Counted from the first letter of the stretch, positions 50,348 through 60,612 are shown. The stretch is 64,000 bases of DNA from Alphaproteobacteria bacterium (GCA_024278055.1 JAJRTY010000167.1:28338-92337), one strand, 5' to 3'. Program-made: numbers and translations. The notes: a model not told the origin generated them from the sequence alone.

Positions 50348-52693
50348 TCAGGCCGACTGCGGTTGCGCGTCAGGGCTTTGTTTTGTGGTTTTCTTCTTCT
50401 TGCCATCGACCATCAACAGAATTGTCGGCAGCAATAAAAAGTCTGCAATCAGGGCCATGGTAATAGCAATTGCTGTCAGCATTCCCATATCGCCGTTGAT
50501 TTTGAAGGTGGAGAAGGACAAGACAGAAAAGCCGACAATCAAAATAGCCGAAGTCACCCACAATGCCTGTCCAACCGTGGAAAAAGCGTAGCGAATGGCC
50601 CCTTCGGCATCAAGGCCTCTGGTGCGGCGTGCGCGCATGTATTTACTGAGGAAATGCACGGTTGCATCAACCACAATGCCAAGACTTGTGGCCGTGGTAA
50701 CGGCAGATGCCAGCCCCACCTGGCCGACAAAAATCGACCAGATACCATAGGCCATGGCGGCGGGAACAAGGTTTGGTATCAGGCTGACCAGCCCGTGCTT
50801 GAAGCTTTTCAAAGCCAGCATCAAGGTCGCGCTGATCAAAAGAAAGGCAATCAGGGTGCCGCCCAGCATACCTTCAATATTTCGCTTGGAAATATTGGCA
50901 AACATCACGAAGGTGCTTGCGGGCTCTGTTTTGGCCACACTGGGAAAGTTTTTGTTAAGCCAGGCTTGCGCGTCCTCTGCGAAATTGCGCAATTCAACCG
51001 TCGTAATATCTTTCAAGGTAACAATAAGACGCATCGATGATTTATCCACGTTAATCTGATTGTTGAGATCAAGCCCATAGGGCAGAGACATTTCAAACAA
51101 AAGCAGGTACTGCGCCGCAAGGTTGCGGCTGTCCGGCAGCTTGTAAAAACTCGGATCATCACCATTCATGTTTTTATTCAGACGTTTGAAAACATCCGTC
51201 AGGCTCGCCACGTGGGTTACCGCATTTTGCGCCCGCAACCATTGTGTGAATCTGTCAACCCGGCTGAGAAACTCAGGATCGGAAATACCGCCATTTTCCT
51301 CTGCCTGCAGGGACCAGTTGATCTGGTACATGCCGGGCAGGTTTTTATTGGCAAATTCCGTATCACTTCTAAACGTCAGGCTTTCGTCAAAATAGCGCAC
51401 GAACTGGTCATTCAGTTCTATTCTCGGGATCATGACAATCAGGCCAAGAACGATCGCCGTCATAGTGAAAAAGACGGGCCTGCGACGGGCAATGACAAAA
51501 TCGGCAAGCCGGTCCATAGCACTTGTTTTGCTCTGCGCTTTCTGCTTAACCCGCACCGGCAACACTGCCATTATTGCCGGCAATAACGTAATGGAATAAA
51601 GCCAGGCAGCGCCAACACCCATGGCCGTAATATTACCAAAATCCCTGAACGGCGGTGCATCGGAAAAATTAAGGCTCATGAAGCCGATAATGGTGGTGAG
51701 ACTGGTGAGAAAAATCGGCCCGAAATTAACCCGCAGGCTTTCAACAAGAGCATTTTGTTTACTCTCACCCTGCTGCATCTGCTTGAACATTGTAATGAGG
51801 ATGTGAATCGAATCCGCTATCGCCAGGGTAAGGATAATAGTCGGTGCCGTTAATGATACCGGCGTCAGCTTCATCCCCAGCCATCCGGCAATTCCCATGG
51901 CGGTAACCGCTGAAAATGCAATAACAATCAAGGTGGAAAACGTGCCGCTGAAAGACCGCAGCAACGCAATCATAACCAACAGCAAAATCCCGTACATCAG
52001 GGGCACCAGAGTTGCGGCATCGCGTTCGCCCGAGGTAGCAAAGGCATTGTCCAGCGGTGTCGTTCCCGTCAAAGCCACCCGGGCATCGGGATTTTCTGCC
52101 AGGAAGGCATCGGCAAGTTTTCTCGCAGCACTCATGATTTGAGCATTCTGGGTATTATCTTCGCCCAACAGCGTCAAAGTAACATTGACACTGAGCGTTG
52201 ATGAATCCGGTGTGATAATTCGATTGAGCAGCAATGGTTCATCCAGAACCACAGCTTTTACAGCGGCTATTTCCTGCTCACTGAGGTTGGGGTCTTCAAT
52301 CAGGTCCCTGACGGTGAGATCGTCACCATTGGCAAAACTGTATTGAAAGTTGGTCAGACTGTCCACGCGCGTCGCAAAGGGTATTTTCCAGGCCTCCTGC
52401 GTCAACTTGTGTACACTGGCAAGAAATTTAGCTTCAAAAACGGTGCCCTTTGCCGGCTTGATAATGAAGATGATATTGTCGTCCTGGGTGTAGACTTTCT
52501 GCAATTTTTCAAACGCCTGCAATTGCGGATTTTCTTCAGAGAACCAGACGCGGTAATCCGTCGACATGGTCAAAAACCGCGCACCACTTGCTGCTGCTCC
52601 AACCAGGACAATTGACAGCACAATCACCAGCCAGCGCCACCGGATAATTTTTTGTGCAAAATCAACAACAAATGATTCGTAACGATCGGCCAT
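50348..52693 (-). CDS. MMPL/RND family transporter
   Basis: Two TM repeats with AIADSIH and GIVVDATVH motifs, LTSLTT.IGF, large periplasmic loops. ATG 52693 has an AAGGA RBS. Confidence 0.9.
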   Translation of the reverse strand: MADRYESFVVDFAQKIIRWRWLVIVLSIVLVGAAASGARFLTMSTDYRVWFSEENPQLQAFEKLQKVYTQDDNIIFIIKPAKGTVFEAKFLASVHKLTQEAWKIPFATRVDSLTNFQYSFANGDDLTVRDLIEDPNLSEQEIAAVKAVVLDEPLLLNRIITPDSSTLSVNVTLTLLGEDNTQNAQIMSAARKLADAFLAENPDARVALTGTTPLDNAFATSGERDAATLVPLMYGILLLVMIALLRSFSGTFSTLIVIAFSAVTAMGIAGWLGMKLTPVSLTAPTIILTLAIADSIHILITMFKQMQQGESKQNALVESLRVNFGPIFLTSLTTIIGFMSLNFSDAPPFRDFGNITAMGVGAAWLYSITLLPAIMAVLPVRVKQKAQSKTSAMDRLADFVIARRRPVFFTMTAIVLGLIVMIPRIELNDQFVRYFDESLTFRSDTEFANKNLPGMYQINWSLQAEENGGISDPEFLSRVDRFTQWLRAQNAVTHVASLTDVFKRLNKNMNGDDPSFYKLPDSRNLAAQYLLLFEMSLPYGLDLNNQINVDKSSMRLIVTLKDITTVELRNFAEDAQAWLNKNFPSVAKTEPASTFVMFANISKRNIEGMLGGTLIAFLLISATLMLALKSFKHGLVSLIPNLVPAAMAYGIWSIFVGQVGLASAVTTATSLGIVVDATVHFLSKYMRARRTRGLDAEGAIRYAFSTVGQALWVTSAILIVGFSVLSFSTFKINGDMGMLTAIAITMALIADFLLLPTILLMVDGKKKKTTKQSPDAQPQSA

Positions 52694-52753
52694 ACTTTGT
52701 CCTTTTAATCGAAGGCAACACCAGATAATAATAAGGAAAGATTGCAAAACTAA

Positions 52754-52792
52754 ACTACACGGTGTAGTAATATTTGAACTATACGGTTTAGT
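52754..52792. promoter_or_regulatory. Twin TetR operators
   Basis: ACTACAC-G-GTGTAGT (perfect, 52754-52768) and ACTATAC-G-GTTTAGT (52778-52792) in the divergent MMPL/TetR gap. Confidence 0.75.
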
Positions 52793-52819
52793 CAAGTCCG
52801 ATACAGTGAAATTTTTCAG

Positions 52820-53458
52820 GTGACTAATTTGGAACCCAAACAAGAAGCATCAACGCTTCCAAAAAGTGCCAAAGCCTTGCAAATTATCGAGGCGGCCAGC
52901 AAACTGTTCCTGAGCAACGGCTTTGGGTCGGTCTCCATGGATGCGATCGCCAAACACGCCAACGTGTCAAAACCCACCCTTTACAGCCATTTTCAGGACA
53001 AGGAGACACTGTTTTCAGAAATCATGAATGCCATGTGTCAGGATGCAGGCGCAAGCCAGATGGTGGAGACATTCGAACAGGAAAACAGCTCACCTGAAAA
53101 CATTCTCAAGGCGATTGGCAGAACAAAACTTGATCTCGTCCTTAACTGGCAGGGCCTGTCACTGGCCCGCATTGTTTTTGCTGAAACAACACGCTTTCCC
53201 AGCCTGGGTGAAACATTTTGGGAAACAGGGCCTAAACAATATTATGATGCTTTAGAGGCTTATCTGACAAAGCTGGATGCCGAGGGAATTTTAAAGGTGT
53301 CCAATCCCGCCAAGGCCGCAATGAATTTTGACGGCATGTTAATGTGGACCTTCATTTTCCCACTGCTCGCCGGCGTCATTGCCATGCCAACGGAGCGCGA
53401 AATCCATGATCATGTAGATGGCATCGTCGCCGACTTCCTGCGCATTCATGCTCCGTGA
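52820..53458 (+). CDS. TetR/AcrR family regulator
   Basis: AASKLFLSNGFGSVSMDAIAKHANVSKPTLYSHF.DKETLF HTH. Confidence 0.93.
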   Translation: MTNLEPKQEASTLPKSAKALQIIEAASKLFLSNGFGSVSMDAIAKHANVSKPTLYSHFQDKETLFSEIMNAMCQDAGASQMVETFEQENSSPENILKAIGRTKLDLVLNWQGLSLARIVFAETTRFPSLGETFWETGPKQYYDALEAYLTKLDAEGILKVSNPAKAAMNFDGMLMWTFIFPLLAGVIAMPTEREIHDHVDGIVADFLRIHAP

Positions 53459-53474
53459 ATAGTATCGAAACGCT

Positions 53475-54059
53475 TTAATCCCTGGACACGTCAACGCCAT
53501 ATTCGGCTGAGGCCTGCACAATCCAGTGCCAGAAGCTGTCGGCAAAACCGGCAAATACGACGAGGTCAAAAGTGGGACTATCATCGATTTTGTGCATCAA
53601 TACCCCTACTCCGGCCATGGTCGTTTGCGCACAAAATCCTGCACTGGCAACACTTGCGTGAAGATCAAGGCGGCATTCTTTGGCCAGCACATCCAAAACC
53701 CTTGCACCGCTTATACGAATAACGGCGCGAGAATGGCTTTGTTCAGAGACATAGCCGTTTTTGCCAATCTGTTTTTCCAGCAGGCGTTGAAAAGCCCCAT
53801 CAGCACCTGAACCGGCAAACAACATCCACTGGCCCGGTGACAGGGGCAGCGCCGTATAGTCCTTATGCCCGGTGGCAACACACGGCTCAGCGGAAATCCC
53901 CAGTTTTTTGGCAACAGCCGCTGTCTTGCCTTTTTTTGCAAAGACCTGGGCAATGGCCAGTCCGCAACGGTCCTGCAACAAAACACCGGCATTAGAAGTC
54001 CCTTTGCCCGCAACAAGACCAAGGTGCAACAAGGGTGTCACGATATCAAAATCAGCCAT
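53475..54059 (-). CDS. soxG: Sarcosine oxidase gamma subunit
   Basis: LSPGQW, EQSH.R..IRISG, VLAK.C.LDLH, FA.SFWHW; overlaps the soxA end. Confidence 0.85.
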   Translation of the reverse strand: MADFDIVTPLLHLGLVAGKGTSNAGVLLQDRCGLAIAQVFAKKGKTAAVAKKLGISAEPCVATGHKDYTALPLSPGQWMLFAGSGADGAFQRLLEKQIGKNGYVSEQSHSRAVIRISGARVLDVLAKECRLDLHASVASAGFCAQTTMAGVGVLMHKIDDSPTFDLVVFAGFADSFWHWIVQASAEYGVDVSRD

Positions 54060-57033
54060 GCAACCGTTCTCCTTTTGGATCAAAGAAAACCGGATCGCAG
54101 ATTTCCACTTCCACCGCTTCATCCTTTAACGGATAGACTGCAAATATCCGATCCCCATGCCGGTTGGGGCCATCCTTGAGATAGGCCAACCCGATCCACG
54201 ATCCGATTGCCGGACTGTCACCAACAGATGTCACCCACCCCAGACTGGTTTCATGGGTGGCGTTATTTTTATCATCGACCAGATGAGCGCCACCGCGCAG
54301 GCGGTTTTTAGTATCAACCGGTTTTAGCCCCACCAACCGTGGACGCATCTCATCCGCCATGCCTTCGCGCTGGCTCAGCGGCAATCCGATATAAGGTTTC
54401 TTGCTCGACATCATACGCCCCAGCCCCATATCCTGAGCTGTTGTGCGACCATCAAGTTCATTACCAGCCACATGGCCTTTTTCTATGCGTAAAACACCCA
54501 GTGCTTCAGTGCCATAGGGGATCAGGTCAAATTCTTTTCCTGCCGCATATATGCTCTCCCACATGGCTTCACCATAGCCCCAGGGAACATTGACCTCAAA
54601 GGCCAGTTCGCCGGAAAAACTGATGCGGTAAATACGTGCGGTTGCGCCGTTCCAGGTAAACTCCTTCACCCCCATAAACGGCAGCGCCTCGTTGGAGATA
54701 TCAATGGCGCCATCAAAAGCCACAGTCAGGACATCACGCGCGCGCGGTCCGGCAACAGCTACCCCGCACCATTGTTCGGTGGCGGAGCAAAAGGCCACAT
54801 CCAGTTCCGGCCACACCACCTGCGCACAATAATCCATATGTGACAAAACCCCGGCGGCATTCGCCGTTGTAGTGGTCATAAAATAATGATCTTCAGCCAG
54901 CCGCGATGTGGTGCCATCGTCAAACACATGGCCATCTTCGCGCAACATCAAACCGTAGCGTGCCTTGCCCACCGGCAGCTTGGCAAAGCCGTTGATATAT
55001 AGCCGGTTGAGGAATTCAGCCGCATCCGGCCCGAATACTTCAATCTTGCCAAGTGTCGACACATCACACATGCCAGCAGTCTTGCGCACCATGTCCGCTT
55101 CACGCCATATGGCCTCAGTCATGGTCTCTTTGTCATTGACCGGATAATAGCGCGGGCGCAACCATTGCCCGACTTCGACAAACACCGCACCCAGCCTCTC
55201 GTGCGCCCGGTGCATCGCCGTTAATCGCGTCGGTTGAAAATGCACGCCGCGTTCATGACCGGCAAAGGCACCAATGGCTACCGGCGAATAAGGCGGACGA
55301 TAGCGCGTGGTGCCAACGGTTGGAATATCCTCACCGCGCGCCTGTGCCAGCAATGCCAGGCCGTTGACATTGGAGGTTTTGCCCTGGTCTGTCGCCATGC
55401 CTAACGTGGTATAGCGCTTGGAATGTTCTATCGACACCATGCCTTCGCGGTGCGCCAGTTCTATGTCAGCTGCCGTCACATCATTTTGAAAATCGACAAA
55501 AGCCTTGCCCTTGCCGGGACTGCGCCACACCGCGACAATTGAATTTTGCGATTGCGGCTGAGCCTGTGGTGCGGGCAAGGTTTTTGCAACCTTAACCCCC
55601 GCCTCCTTTGCCGCAGCCAATCCGGCCTCATGTCCTTCACGCAAACAACCGGCGAGATCATAAGTCCCCTTGCACGCTCCAGCCGAGCGTTCTGGCCGCA
55701 GTGGTGCATCAGGGATAAATCCAAGTATCTGTTCATCCCATACCGGCCTGACGCCGGATTGAGAGACCAGATGCACATTGGGCGAGTATCCACCTGATAC
55801 GGCAATGCAGTCACAGGCGATTTTTTCAATCAGACTACCGTCTGAGCGCTGCAACAACAAGTTCGAGACGCCAAGATAGCCCTGCGCTTCATAGGGCAGG
55901 CAGTCCGTTTCAACGCGAATACCCAGTGCCCGTGCTTTTATAACCAGTTCACCGGGTTTTACACGAGCATCAGCTATCACCGGCACCTCAATACCTGCGG
56001 CGTGTAATTGAAACGCGGTTAAATAGGCATCATCATTATTCGTAACAATGGCCACTTTTTTGCCCGGCGCCACCCCGAACCGGTCAACGTAAGCGCGCAC
56101 GGCAGAAGACAGCATAACGCCGGGCTTGTCATTATTATCAAAAACAATGGGGCGCTCATGCGCACCCGCCGCAATCACAATTTCTCTGGCGCGTATAGTC
56201 CACAAGCGCTGGCGCGGCCTATCAACATAAGGCGGGGCCACATGGTCATTGACCCGCTCCAGCGCCCCCATCACATTGCCATCATAATAACCGAACAAAA
56301 CTGTCCGGCTCATCACCTTAACATTTTCAAGAACGCCGAGCTCCGCTTTGGTTGCTTCAATCCACTGGGCGGCGGGCATATCGTCAATGCGATCATTTTC
56401 CAGATTCAACGCCCCGCCCAGCCACGGGTTTTCTTCAACCAGTATCACCCGGGCACCTACACGCCCGGCACTCAAGGCAGCTGCAAGTCCCGCTGGCCCA
56501 GCCCCCACAACCAACACATCGCAAAAGCCATGAGAATGGTCGTAATGATCGGGATCGCTCTCCACCGCAGCGCGGCGAAGACCGGCAGAGCGGCGGATAA
56601 TTTTTTCGTAAAAACTTTCCCAGAATGACGATGGCCACATGAAGGTCTTGTAGTAAAACCCGGCAACCAGAAAGCGGTCAAAAAGCTGATTGACCGACAT
56701 GAAATCAAAGCTGAGCGAGGGAAAGCGGTTCTGGCTGGTGGCCGTCAAACCGTCAAACAGCTCAATCATTGTCGCGCGTGTATTAGGCTCACGTCGCGCG
56801 CCCTGGCGCAATTCAACAAGCGCGTTAGGTTCTTCCGAACCTGCAGTCAACACCCCGCGCGGACGGTGGTATTTGAAACTTCGGCCCATCAATCTCACCC
56901 CGTTGGCGAGTAAAGCCGAGGCAAGAGTATCACCTTCAAAACCCTGATAGGTTTTATTATCAAAGGTGAATGTCAAAGGATTGGCCCGATTGATGTGGCC
57001 GCCTTTGGTTAATCTGTTAGATTGTGTACTCAT
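54052..57033 (-). CDS. soxA: Sarcosine oxidase alpha subunit
   Basis: GDTLASALLANG, RSFKYHRPRG, VVGAGPAGL, KRYTTLGMATDQGKTS, DVSTLGK, FSGELAFE. Confidence 0.95.
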   Translation of the reverse strand: MSTQSNRLTKGGHINRANPLTFTFDNKTYQGFEGDTLASALLANGVRLMGRSFKYHRPRGVLTAGSEEPNALVELRQGARREPNTRATMIELFDGLTATSQNRFPSLSFDFMSVNQLFDRFLVAGFYYKTFMWPSSFWESFYEKIIRRSAGLRRAAVESDPDHYDHSHGFCDVLVVGAGPAGLAAALSAGRVGARVILVEENPWLGGALNLENDRIDDMPAAQWIEATKAELGVLENVKVMSRTVLFGYYDGNVMGALERVNDHVAPPYVDRPRQRLWTIRAREIVIAAGAHERPIVFDNNDKPGVMLSSAVRAYVDRFGVAPGKKVAIVTNNDDAYLTAFQLHAAGIEVPVIADARVKPGELVIKARALGIRVETDCLPYEAQGYLGVSNLLLQRSDGSLIEKIACDCIAVSGGYSPNVHLVSQSGVRPVWDEQILGFIPDAPLRPERSAGACKGTYDLAGCLREGHEAGLAAAKEAGVKVAKTLPAPQAQPQSQNSIVAVWRSPGKGKAFVDFQNDVTAADIELAHREGMVSIEHSKRYTTLGMATDQGKTSNVNGLALLAQARGEDIPTVGTTRYRPPYSPVAIGAFAGHERGVHFQPTRLTAMHRAHERLGAVFVEVGQWLRPRYYPVNDKETMTEAIWREADMVRKTAGMCDVSTLGKIEVFGPDAAEFLNRLYINGFAKLPVGKARYGLMLREDGHVFDDGTTSRLAEDHYFMTTTTANAAGVLSHMDYCAQVVWPELDVAFCSATEQWCGVAVAGPRARDVLTVAFDGAIDISNEALPFMGVKEFTWNGATARIYRISFSGELAFEVNVPWGYGEAMWESIYAAGKEFDLIPYGTEALGVLRIEKGHVAGNELDGRTTAQDMGLGRMMSSKKPYIGLPLSQREGMADEMRPRLVGLKPVDTKNRLRGGAHLVDDKNNATHETSLGWVTSVGDSPAIGSWIGLAYLKDGPNRHGDRIFAVYPLKDEAVEVEICDPVFFDPKGERLHG

Positions 57034-57317
57034 GCGGATTTACCCTTACGCGGGTGGGCGAGCTTGTCGGCCAGTGTGCCGGTCACATGAATTTCGTGGG
57101 TCAGGGTATTGCGAACCACCTTCACCCACTGGCGACAACCACCCACATGGTGCCACCATTCCGTATGCCAGCCCCGGGGGTTTTCGCGCACATAGGCATA
57201 ACGGAAAAAAGCTTCTTCTGAAGCCTTGAATTCTGGCCGTGATACCGTTGCATCGCCCTGATATTGAAATTCACTTTCATCACGGACACCACACCATGGG
57301 CAATCTATTCTATGCAT
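57030..57317 (-). CDS. soxD: Sarcosine oxidase delta subunit
   Basis: CPWCGVRDESEF, RENPRG, EWWHH..GCRQW..RNTLTHE. Confidence 0.93.
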   Translation of the reverse strand: MHRIDCPWCGVRDESEFQYQGDATVSRPEFKASEEAFFRYAYVRENPRGWHTEWWHHVGGCRQWVKVVRNTLTHEIHVTGTLADKLAHPRKGKSA

Positions 57318-57330
57318 TACTCATGCCCTC

Positions 57331-58581
57331 CTATTGTATCCACGGGTTTGGGCCAACGCCCTTTTCATCAATCATGCGACCCTTTTTGAAACGATCAATA
57401 GTGAACCCGGCATTAAGCGCATGAGGTTCATCCCTGGCAATCGTATGGGCAAAGCACCAGCCCGAGGCAGGCGTTGCCTTAAAGCCGCCGTAACACCAGC
57501 CGCCATTGAGATAAAGCCCGTCAATTTCAGTCTTGCAGATGAATGGGGAGCCATCAAAACTCATGTCCATAATCCCGCCCCACTGGCGCAACATTCGAAT
57601 GCGGCCAATACACGGCATAATCGCCATGCCCCCGGCCATTACATGTCCCATCATTGGCAGGTTGCCGCGCTGGGCATAGGAATTATACCCATCAAGGTCG
57701 CCACCAAACACCAGCCCGCCCTTGTCTGATTGCGACACATAAAAATGCCCGGCACCAAAGGTTACCACCGTATCCAGCAAGGGTTTGATGCCTTCGCTGA
57801 CAAAGGCCTGCAACACATGGCTTTCAACCGGCAACTCAATGCCTGCCATAGCGGCAATGTGCGAAGTATGACCGGCCACCGCCATGCCTATTTTCCTGGC
57901 GCCGATAAAGCCGCGATTGGTATCAATACCCACAGCGCGTCCGCCTTCAATGCGAATGTTGGTGACTTCGCAATTCTGGATTATGTCAACGCCGCGACTG
58001 TCAGCACCACGGGCATAGCCCCACGGCACCGCATCATGGCGAACGGTGCCGCCGCGCGGCTGGCACAGGCCACCTTCAATGGGAAAACGCGCATTATCAA
58101 AATCGAGTATGGGTACGCGTTCTTTCAGTTCTTCGGGACTTAGTAATTCAGCATCAATACCGGCAAGGCGCATGGCATTGCCGCGCCGGGCAAAGGCATC
58201 GCGCTGGGCATCGGAATGATAAAGATTGATGATACCGCGCTGGCTGACCATGGCATTGAAGTTAAACTCGCGCTCAAGGCCTTCCCACAGCTGCATCGAT
58301 TTTTCATAAAAATGCGTGTTGGGACTAAGCATGTAGTTGGAGCGAATGATGGTGGTATTACGGCCCACATTGCCGCCGCCGATATACCCCTTCTCAACCA
58401 CGGCAATGTTTTTTAAGCCATGTTCTTTGGCCAGATAATAAGCTGTGGCCAGCCCGTGCCCACCACCGCCAATAATAATAATATCATATTCAGAACGCGG
58501 CTCAGGGTCACGCCACATGCGGCCCCAGCCCTTATGCCCTTTGAGGCCCTGCCAAAATAATGAAAGTGCTGAGTAATGCAC
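57331..58581 (-). CDS. soxB: Sarcosine oxidase beta subunit
   Basis: IGGGGHGLATAYYLA, GGGNVGRNTTIIRSNY, RHDAV.WGYAR, GGFKATP. Confidence 0.96.
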   Translation of the reverse strand: MHYSALSLFWQGLKGHKGWGRMWRDPEPRSEYDIIIIGGGGHGLATAYYLAKEHGLKNIAVVEKGYIGGGNVGRNTTIIRSNYMLSPNTHFYEKSMQLWEGLEREFNFNAMVSQRGIINLYHSDAQRDAFARRGNAMRLAGIDAELLSPEELKERVPILDFDNARFPIEGGLCQPRGGTVRHDAVPWGYARGADSRGVDIIQNCEVTNIRIEGGRAVGIDTNRGFIGARKIGMAVAGHTSHIAAMAGIELPVESHVLQAFVSEGIKPLLDTVVTFGAGHFYVSQSDKGGLVFGGDLDGYNSYAQRGNLPMMGHVMAGGMAIMPCIGRIRMLRQWGGIMDMSFDGSPFICKTEIDGLYLNGGWCYGGFKATPASGWCFAHTIARDEPHALNAGFTIDRFKKGRMIDEKGVGPNPWIQ

Positions 58582-58700
58582 GCAAGTTTCCCCTTAAATT
58601 CCTGAAATCAAGATATGCACGGCTAAATCTGTTTAGAAAATAATACTCTGGACAAAAGACATCACAAATCGGACAATAATATATCGTTTTAAACAAAACC

Positions 58701-58853
58701 ACCTCCCTCCCCCTTGTGGGGAGGGATTGAGGGTGGGGGTTAAAGAATTCATGTATGCACCAAGCGCATTCACAATCCTGCTGTCGATAAAAAACTCGCG
58801 CATTGATAGCGCAACCCCCACCCCAACCCCTCCCCACAAGGGGGAGGGGCTTT
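58701..58853. repeat. REPIN-like element copy 2 (opposite orientation to copy 1)
   Basis: Arms CCTCCCTCCCCCTTGTGGGGAGGGATTGAGGGTGGGGGT and ACCCCCACCCCAACCCCTCCCCACAAGGGGGAGGGG; part of the spacer is also shared with 25936-26095. Confidence 0.85.
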
Positions 58854-58864
58854 AAGGGCTATAT

Positions 58865-59848
58865 TTGAGAGATTTGGCATTGCCTGAAAACACCCCGCGT
58901 CATTTCGCCTTTGTGCTCATCCCGCGCTTTACCATGCTGTCGCTGTCATGCGCACTCGACGGGTTGCGCTCGGCCAATGTGGATTGTCAGCCCGGCAGCT
59001 ATAGCTGGCAACTTGTCAGCGCCGAGCCGGGCCCGGTGATTTCCTCCAGCGAGGTGCCTCTGGCCGTCACCTCACTGGGTAGCGCCAAAAATCCCGATGT
59101 GGTGGTCATCTGTGGTGGTGAGCGTTCGCATGATTATTCCAACGTCACCTTAACCCGCTGGCTACATGGTCAAACCAAGCGCAACATTCCCCTGGGCTCT
59201 CTTTCCGATGGCGCATTTGTCGCAGCGCAAGCCGGTCTTTTTAGGGACCACCGCTCAACCATTCACTGGAAATGCCTTGATGCCTACCGTGAGCGTTTTC
59301 CCGATCTGGACATTCACTCCTCACTTATGGAAATTGACCGCCAGCGGTTTTCCTGTGCCGGTGGCACACCGTGCCTGGATTTGATGTTGCATTTCATCCT
59401 GCAGGATCTGGGCAGCGAGGCGGTAGCCAAAATTGCCAACAATTATTTTCACGACACTATTCGCGAAGGCGGGCAAACCCAGCACCTGGCCTCAGCCTTT
59501 CGCTTTGCCGGGCACAGCCAGCCGCTCACCCAGGCTTTATTATTAATGGAGGAAAATCTGGAACACCCGATGCAGATCATCGAAATTGCGCACCGGCTGA
59601 AAATTTCCCATCGCCAGCTCGACCGCCTGTTTCGGAAATTCCTGCAAACCTCACCAGCTCAATATTTCAGGTCTCTGCGTCTGGCCCGCGCTGCCGGCCT
59701 GCTCAGCCAGACCGGGCTGAACATTTCAGAAATCGCCTTTGGCTGCGGCTTTCAGTCCTCATCCCACCTTGGCAGATACTTTAAAGATCAATATGGTGTA
59801 ACACCCAGCACCTATCGTAAGTCATTGACGCTTGTGCGCGGAATTTAA
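58865..59848 (+). CDS. GlxA-family AraC regulator (GbdR/SouR-like), divergent from soxBDAG
   Basis: FVLIPRFTML, TIHW, RFSCAGG, MEENLEHP, SHRQLDRLF, LRLARA, IAFGCGF. Start codon uncertain. Confidence 0.9.
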   Translation: MRDLALPENTPRHFAFVLIPRFTMLSLSCALDGLRSANVDCQPGSYSWQLVSAEPGPVISSSEVPLAVTSLGSAKNPDVVVICGGERSHDYSNVTLTRWLHGQTKRNIPLGSLSDGAFVAAQAGLFRDHRSTIHWKCLDAYRERFPDLDIHSSLMEIDRQRFSCAGGTPCLDLMLHFILQDLGSEAVAKIANNYFHDTIREGGQTQHLASAFRFAGHSQPLTQALLLMEENLEHPMQIIEIAHRLKISHRQLDRLFRKFLQTSPAQYFRSLRLARAAGLLSQTGLNISEIAFGCGFQSSSHLGRYFKDQYGVTPSTYRKSLTLVRGI

Positions 59849-59875
59849 AACGCCCCTCATTCAAGGAACACCAAA

Positions 59876-60193
59876 ATGTATATTGCCATGAACCGTTTCA
59901 AAGTTAAGCCCGGCTCGGAACAGGCCTTTGAGGAGATCTGGCAAAACCGGGATTCAAATCTCAAGAGTGTTCCAGGATTTGTTGAGTTTCATATGCTCAA
60001 AGGGCCAAAACAGGAAGCCTACACGCTTTATTCTTCCCATACGGTGTGGGCATCATACAGTGACTTTGAAGCCTGGACAAAATCGCAGGCCTTCCGCGAT
60101 TCTCACAAGCACGCAGGAAAAAACAAAGTGCATTACGATGGCCACCCGCAATTCGAAGGTTTTGAAGTTATTCACTCATTGACCCTGAATTAG
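59876..60193 (+). CDS. ABM-family monooxygenase, IsdG/HmuQ-like heme-degrading candidate
   Basis: MYIAMNRF.V, FEEIW..R, PGFVEFH, FEAWTKS.AFR.SH (Asn/Trp/His triad pattern). Confidence 0.85.
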   Translation: MYIAMNRFKVKPGSEQAFEEIWQNRDSNLKSVPGFVEFHMLKGPKQEAYTLYSSHTVWASYSDFEAWTKSQAFRDSHKHAGKNKVHYDGHPQFEGFEVIHSLTLN

Positions 60194-60388
60194 CGCAATC
60201 TGCTTAGAGCACTTCTCGATCCTATTGGTTAACCAATTCTTAAAGCATCTCTTCCAGCTGGTTGAATTTAACCTATGGTGGGTCTTATCAAATTAGCTCA
60301 GGTAGGGAGCAGGACAGGCGCGGTGAGCAGTGGGGGAACCCACGCGCTTGCCCGCCTTTTCTGATGCAACTTTTTTCGGTAGGACATT

Positions 60389-60544
60389 ATGAGGTCTATT
60401 TCTTCGCTGATAATCTATGCCGCAAGTCTGGCACCCATCGCTGCCATCTCACTTTTCATCAACGACACAGCCGCTGCCCAGATTATCAACAGCCTTGAAT
60501 CTGTCACTCATCTTCTGGAAACACTAAACAGAGCATTATTTTAA
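60389..60544 (+). CDS. Putative 51-aa small protein
   Basis: MRSISSLIIYAASLAPIAAISLFINDTAAAQIINSLESVTHLLETLNRALF*; AGGA RBS; hydrophobic N-terminus. Confidence 0.45.
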   Translation: MRSISSLIIYAASLAPIAAISLFINDTAAAQIINSLESVTHLLETLNRALF

Positions 60545-60612
60545 AATACTCTGGAATTTACCCGCAAATCGAATAGTCTCTTGAAAATCATTAAAGAGGA
60601 CATTCATCCCCC

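Noticed and set aside
58532-58839. ORFs 58532-58837, 58633-58839 and 25758-26000 with WGGVGVG-like peptides
   Set aside because: They are translations of the REP arms rather than genes.
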